Assembly: GCA_003209955.1 (NCBI GenBank)
Contig: QCOD01000002.1
Location: forward strand, 603 to 64,602
Direction: 5' to 3'
Source of the DNA: OCS116 cluster bacterium AG-430-B22
GTDB taxonomy: Bacteria > Pseudomonadota > Alphaproteobacteria > MED-G09
DNA: 64,000 bases
Below the pieces are notes generated by a model that saw nothing but the letters and a program-made list of their open reading frames with translations, had not been told where the DNA came from and ran no database searches. Made by a program: the position numbers and the translations under genes. Positions within the stretch are counted from its first letter, which is position 1; every line of letters begins with the position of its first letter. Shown in pieces: positions 59,560-64,000 of the stretch.

Positions 59560-62490
59560 ATGTTTAAAAAAACTATTAAGTTAGCCATTTTGGCTATTAT
59601 TACGCCTATATTAGTTATAGGTATTACAAAAGCCCAAGTTATTGAAAGAGAAGGACTTGAGGAAATTATTGTTACCGCTCAAAAAACAGAGCAAAATATA
59701 CAAGAAGTTCCAATAGCAGTGACTGCCTTTGATACTGGAAGCTTAGAATTACAACAAATTGAAACTTTTGGTGATATTCAATTTAATGCACCAAATATTA
59801 CCTTTACAAAGGGTAATTTTACTGGATCAAATTTTGTTATCCGTGGTGTAAACTCTTATACTGTTGCCGCTTCAGGTGATAGCGGTGTTGCATTCCATAT
59901 AAATAATGTTCCTGTTCCAACAAGAATTTTTGAAACTGAATATTATGATCTTGAAAGAGTTGAAATACTTAGAGGTCCGCAAGGTACTTTATATGGAGCT
60001 AGTTCTACTGGTGGGTCTGTAAATATGCTTTTTGCCAGTCCTTCTGATGATTTCGAAAGCTCTGTAGAATTGGAAGTTGGTGATTATGATCACAGAAAAA
60101 TCAAAGCAATGATAAATGCTCCTATATCCGATGGATTGTCTATGCGAATTGCTGGATTGATGCTTGAAAGAAATGGTTTCTCTGAAAATTTATTCCCTGG
60201 TAGGGAAGGTGAAGATCTTGATGGACGAGATATAACATCCTGGAGATTTACTCTAAGAAGTGAACTTAGTGAAAACACTACTGCAAATCTAACTTATTGG
60301 AATTTTGAAGAAGATGATAATCGTTCTAGAATTGGTAGACAAATGTGTAAATCAACTGAGGTACCTTCATATGGTTGTCACCCAAGTGAATTTGGAAGAG
60401 GAGGTCCTGCAGGATCTTCAACCTTTGGTGGTGATGTATCTGCAATAGCAGGCTTGATGACTTGGTCTCCGCTTGATTATATGAATAAAATTCCAAGAAA
60501 TCAGTCAGCACGTTCAACATATCAAAATATGGATCCTGTTTATAAAGCATCTGAAGATGGGTATTTACTGAATGTAGAAACTGAGGCGATAGAGAATTTT
60601 ACAATCAAAGCTAATGTTCTTTATCATAAAACAAGTGTTTTCTCTCAACAGGATTACAACAATAATGATGGTACAGCTAAATTTGCTACATATAATCCAA
60701 ACAATACAAATCCCTTAGTTGCATCAGGAAATCCAGCATTTCCTCAGGGAATAGTTCCAGTTTCTCAATATACAGATTCAGCTTGCGGTATCTTCTGTGG
60801 GGCAGTTCAAGGCTATTATGATTATGCATTTGCTTATGATACATCCTCAGGAGCAGCAGAAAGCAAGTACGCTGATCTTGTTGTCCAATCAAACTTCGAC
60901 GGACCAATAAATTTTGTTGCAGGTATTAATGTTTCTGAATATGAGTCTAACGGCGTTTATGATGTTTACTTCTCTGGTGCTGATGCAGCAGCTATTGCAC
61001 CTATATTAGCTGGATTAAAGCTTTATCCTTCTCATTATAGAAATGAAACAAGTCCATATGAATTAGAGAGAAAAGGCTTGTTTACTGAAGTTTATTATCA
61101 AGCTAATGAGGACTTAAAATTAACAATTGGCGCAAGATGGAATGAATCTGAAAAATCTGTAGCCGATAGACAATTGCTATTTAATTCAGCAATTCTTGCT
61201 GGCGGTACAGGTGTTGGTGATCCTGTTACTTTAGCAGTTCAAACAGCTGATCCTAATTTAATACCTGTTATAATTGGTGCTGCTTCTTCTGGTCTTTATG
61301 AGCCAATTCCAGGAAAAGGTGAACAAAGACGATTACAAGGTATTGCTACCTCATTTACTGAAGAAGAAGTTTCAGGAAAAGTTGGTATTGATTGGACTCC
61401 TGATCTAGCTGGTACAGACTCAACATTAGTTTATGCAACTTACTCAAGAGGTTATAGACCAGGTGCATTTAATCCGCCTGTTGACCCAACATTATTCTCA
61501 GGTGTTGCACAGACAACTGATCCTGAGTTTCTTGATGCTTATGAAATTGGAATGAAAAATGTTCTTTTTGATAATACATTAATAGCTAACTTAACTGCTT
61601 TTTATTACGATTATCAGGGACTTCAAGTTTCAAAAATTATAGCTCGTACATCAGTTAATGAGAATATCGATGCAGAAATGCAAGGTTTAGAAGTCGAGCT
61701 ATTCTGGAGCCCGTCAAGCGTACCTGGCTTAAGATTAGACGCGCAAGTATCGCTACTTGAAACTGAAGTGGCAAATGGAACCTTTTCACTTAACCCTCTA
61801 GATAAAGTAAAAAGAAACCTTGGTGATACATCAGGATGGTTAGTTAAAGATTATACTAATGGTGCTACATGCGGATTTAAAAGAAACTCTGTTCTGGCAG
61901 GTGTGGCAGGTGGAGTTCTTAATCTTAATCCTGCTGCAGGCGCACTCGACATGATTGCTGCACCAAAAACACTATCAGTTGATAATATTAATTCTTCTGA
62001 CCCAACAGGTTTGGTTAATCCGCTTGTTCAAATAGGAGGAGGAGCGTTACCAACTTTAGGTAATTGTGCAACTATGAATGCAAAACTAACTGCTGCAGGT
62101 CTTGGAGGTTTCTATGAGCCTGAGTATGATATTAGTGGGAATGAATTGGTCCAAGCACCAGCAGTTACAATTCATGTTGGCGCAGAATACACAACTCAAC
62201 TTTCAAATATCTCAATAACATCACGTATAGATTATTACTGGCAAGATGATTTTTATTCTCGCCTTTATAATGTTCCAAGAGATGTTGTTGAAGCATGGGA
62301 TGTACTAAACGCTCAAATTATTTTTCAATCAACTGATGCACCTTGGTATGTGAGATTGTGGGGACAAAATTTGATGGATGATGATAATATTACAGGCCAT
62401 TATTTTACAGCCGAAGCATCTGGTGGATTTAGAAACGATTTTATGATTGATCCAAGAATGATTGGAATAACTTTTGGTGCAAAATTCTAA
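59560..62490 (+). CDS. TonB-dependent receptor, paralog B
   Basis: EEIIVTAQK, VEILRGPQGTLYG, C-terminal F. Strongly similar to paralog A. Confidence 0.94.
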   Translation: MFKKTIKLAILAIITPILVIGITKAQVIEREGLEEIIVTAQKTEQNIQEVPIAVTAFDTGSLELQQIETFGDIQFNAPNITFTKGNFTGSNFVIRGVNSYTVAASGDSGVAFHINNVPVPTRIFETEYYDLERVEILRGPQGTLYGASSTGGSVNMLFASPSDDFESSVELEVGDYDHRKIKAMINAPISDGLSMRIAGLMLERNGFSENLFPGREGEDLDGRDITSWRFTLRSELSENTTANLTYWNFEEDDNRSRIGRQMCKSTEVPSYGCHPSEFGRGGPAGSSTFGGDVSAIAGLMTWSPLDYMNKIPRNQSARSTYQNMDPVYKASEDGYLLNVETEAIENFTIKANVLYHKTSVFSQQDYNNNDGTAKFATYNPNNTNPLVASGNPAFPQGIVPVSQYTDSACGIFCGAVQGYYDYAFAYDTSSGAAESKYADLVVQSNFDGPINFVAGINVSEYESNGVYDVYFSGADAAAIAPILAGLKLYPSHYRNETSPYELERKGLFTEVYYQANEDLKLTIGARWNESEKSVADRQLLFNSAILAGGTGVGDPVTLAVQTADPNLIPVIIGAASSGLYEPIPGKGEQRRLQGIATSFTEEEVSGKVGIDWTPDLAGTDSTLVYATYSRGYRPGAFNPPVDPTLFSGVAQTTDPEFLDAYEIGMKNVLFDNTLIANLTAFYYDYQGLQVSKIIARTSVNENIDAEMQGLEVELFWSPSSVPGLRLDAQVSLLETEVANGTFSLNPLDKVKRNLGDTSGWLVKDYTNGATCGFKRNSVLAGVAGGVLNLNPAAGALDMIAAPKTLSVDNINSSDPTGLVNPLVQIGGGALPTLGNCATMNAKLTAAGLGGFYEPEYDISGNELVQAPAVTIHVGAEYTTQLSNISITSRIDYYWQDDFYSRLYNVPRDVVEAWDVLNAQIIFQSTDAPWYVRLWGQNLMDDDNITGHYFTAEASGGFRNDFMIDPRMIGITFGAKF

Positions 62491-62510
62491 TATATTAACA
62501 ATGATTAAAG

Positions 62511-62539
62511 AAAAGGCGTGATTATTCGCGCCTTTTTTT
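62511..62539. terminator. Bidirectional intrinsic terminator
   Basis: AAAAGGCGTGA-ttat-TCGCGCCTTTTTTT between the convergent TBDR and ABC ATPase genes. Confidence 0.85.
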
Positions 62540-63485
62540 ATTTTTTTTGTGTAATTGATAGGAAAACAGTTTCTAAAGAAGCACCTGTAACATCAAAGTC
62601 AAAAGGCATCACCCCAGCTTCCTCAATTTTAGATAATATTTCTCTTGAATTAATAATTTTTGGATTAAAGTTAACTGTTAATTCATTTTTATTATTAATG
62701 TTAGCGCCAAGTTCTAACAGAATAGGATGATTAAGATCAGGTATTTCTTTCACTTTTACAGAAATAGTTTTAGATTCTGCATCCTCTAACAAATCCTGTT
62801 TTGAAGCAGATTTGACTATTTTGCCTTTATCTAAAATAGCAATTTTATCGCATAATTCCTCTGCTTCTTCGAGATAATGAGTTGTTAAAATGATTGTTGT
62901 TCCATTCTCGTTAAGTTTACGAACATACTCCCATAGCTGAACTCGTAATTCAATATCAACGCCCGCAGTAGGCTCATCAAGTATCAGTATTGGTGGTCTA
63001 TGAACCATTGCTTTGGCAACTAATAATCTTCTTCGCATTCCTCCTGATAAAGTCCTAGAATATGCTTCAGCTTTATCCTCTAAATCAAGCATACGAAGAA
63101 TATAGTCAATATTTCTATCCTTTGGTCTAACACCATATAATCCGGCTTGTTGTTCAAGGGATTCTTTTGGAGTAAAAAATGGATCAATTGTTAGTTCTTG
63201 AGGAACAACTCCTAAAGAAGATCTAGAAGCCTTTGGATGTTGATCAATATTATTACCCCAAACAACAGCCTCTCCTGAAGTCTTGATTGTTAATCCTGCC
63301 AGGATATTAATGAAAGTTGATTTTCCAGCCCCATTTGGACCAAGTAAACCAAATATTGATCCTCTTGGTATAGATAAAGACACATTATCAAGAGCATAAA
63401 AAAAACCCTTTCCGTTTGGATTCTTAAACTTTTTTGATAGGTTAAGTATGCTTATCGCATCATCTGGTAAATTATTTATCGACAT
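62538..63485 (-). CDS. ABC transporter ATP-binding protein (YadG-like)
   Basis: GPNGAGKST, LSGGMRRR, ILDEPTAGVD, TTHYLEEAE. No permease gene adjacent in this window. Confidence 0.92.
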   Translation of the reverse strand: MSINNLPDDAISILNLSKKFKNPNGKGFFYALDNVSLSIPRGSIFGLLGPNGAGKSTFINILAGLTIKTSGEAVVWGNNIDQHPKASRSSLGVVPQELTIDPFFTPKESLEQQAGLYGVRPKDRNIDYILRMLDLEDKAEAYSRTLSGGMRRRLLVAKAMVHRPPILILDEPTAGVDIELRVQLWEYVRKLNENGTTIILTTHYLEEAEELCDKIAILDKGKIVKSASKQDLLEDAESKTISVKVKEIPDLNHPILLELGANINNKNELTVNFNPKIINSREILSKIEEAGVMPFDFDVTGASLETVFLSITQKK

Positions 63486-63559
63486 ATTAAATTAAATAAA
63501 AAGTATATTCTCTTTTACCACATTAAAGTTAATGTCATAATAGTAATTAAAGAATACCA

Positions 63560-64000
63560 ATGAAAAACCAAAAACAACACATATGTCTCGTTGATGGATC
63601 GACTTATATATTTAGGGCTTATCATGCTCTACCACCATTAACTAGGAAGTCCGATGGTTTTCCCGTTGGGGCAATATCAGGTTTTTGTAATATGCTAGAT
63701 AAGTTGGTAAGAGAAGAAAAAGAAAAAAAAGGTATAACTCATCTCGTCGTTGTATTTGATGCTTCAGGTAAAACATTTAGAAATGAAATTTATCCAGAGT
63801 ATAAAGCCAATCGTTCAGAAGCTCCTGAAGATCTGATACCACAATTTCCAGTAATTAGAAAAGCAACCTCAGCCTTCAGCATACCCGCCGTAGAGCTACT
63901 CGGTTATGAAGCAGATGATTTAATCGCAAGTTATGCAGAAGAAGCCCAGAAGCATAATATGAAAGTGACAATAGTGTCATCAGATAAAGACTTAATGCAG
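63560..64000 (+). CDS. polA: DNA polymerase I, 5'-3' exonuclease N-terminus; 3' truncated by the window edge
   Basis: Translated by hand: LVDGSTYIFRAYHALPPLTRKSDGFPVGA...FRNEIYPEYKANR...GYEADDLIASYA...SSDKDLMQ. Confidence 0.96.
   Translation, partial: MKNQKQHICLVDGSTYIFRAYHALPPLTRKSDGFPVGAISGFCNMLDKLVREEKEKKGITHLVVVFDASGKTFRNEIYPEYKANRSEAPEDLIPQFPVIRKATSAFSIPAVELLGYEADDLIASYAEEAQKHNMKVTIVSSDKDLMQ

Noticed and set aside
629-62730. Many short ORFs in the supplied track that overlap longer genes, mostly antisense (for example 629-1015, 5948-6379, 9955-10380, 17939-18292, 33992-34405, 58684-58932)
   Set aside because: They overlap well-supported genes or the tRNA, have no recognizable motifs, and are expected shadow frames.
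1-64000. CRISPR array, rRNA, tmRNA or anti-phage defence genes
   Set aside because: No regularly spaced repeats and no matching genes or RNA signatures were seen. Nearly all of the sequence is accounted for by the listed genes.

Overview
Prophage-free chromosomal segment of an AT-rich (roughly 30% GC by eye) alphaproteobacterium, probably a streamlined marine lineage. Evidence for that placement: RegB/RegA, an FzlA-like GST next to queG, Mcd, a SAM-V riboswitch, an Fe-S-free (6-4) photolyase and several TonB-dependent receptors. 1-34.3 kb is mostly core genes: mcd, PduO, etfBA, argH-lptM-lysA, tyrC-hisC-chorismate mutase, metXW, rpmF, sppA, lptCAB, rnd, infC-rpmI-rplT-pheST-lepA and tRNA-Ser(GGA). 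After the tRNA come more accessory-looking genes: four TonB-dependent receptors, DUF1826, a SelO/DUF2256/two-photolyase/SDR operon, an M14 peptidase, cysK, RegBA and pseudoazurin, ending in the 5' part of polA. The most striking element is at 15.25-17.9 kb. Two structurally unrelated SAM riboswitches (SAM-I/IV followed by SAM-V) lie in tandem in front of an OmpW outer-membrane channel gene that precedes metX-metW. This suggests a SAM-repressed outer-membrane uptake route feeding methionine synthesis. The RNA calls are by-eye matches to known consensus structures, and no searches were run. No integrase, transposase, CRISPR array or rRNA was seen.
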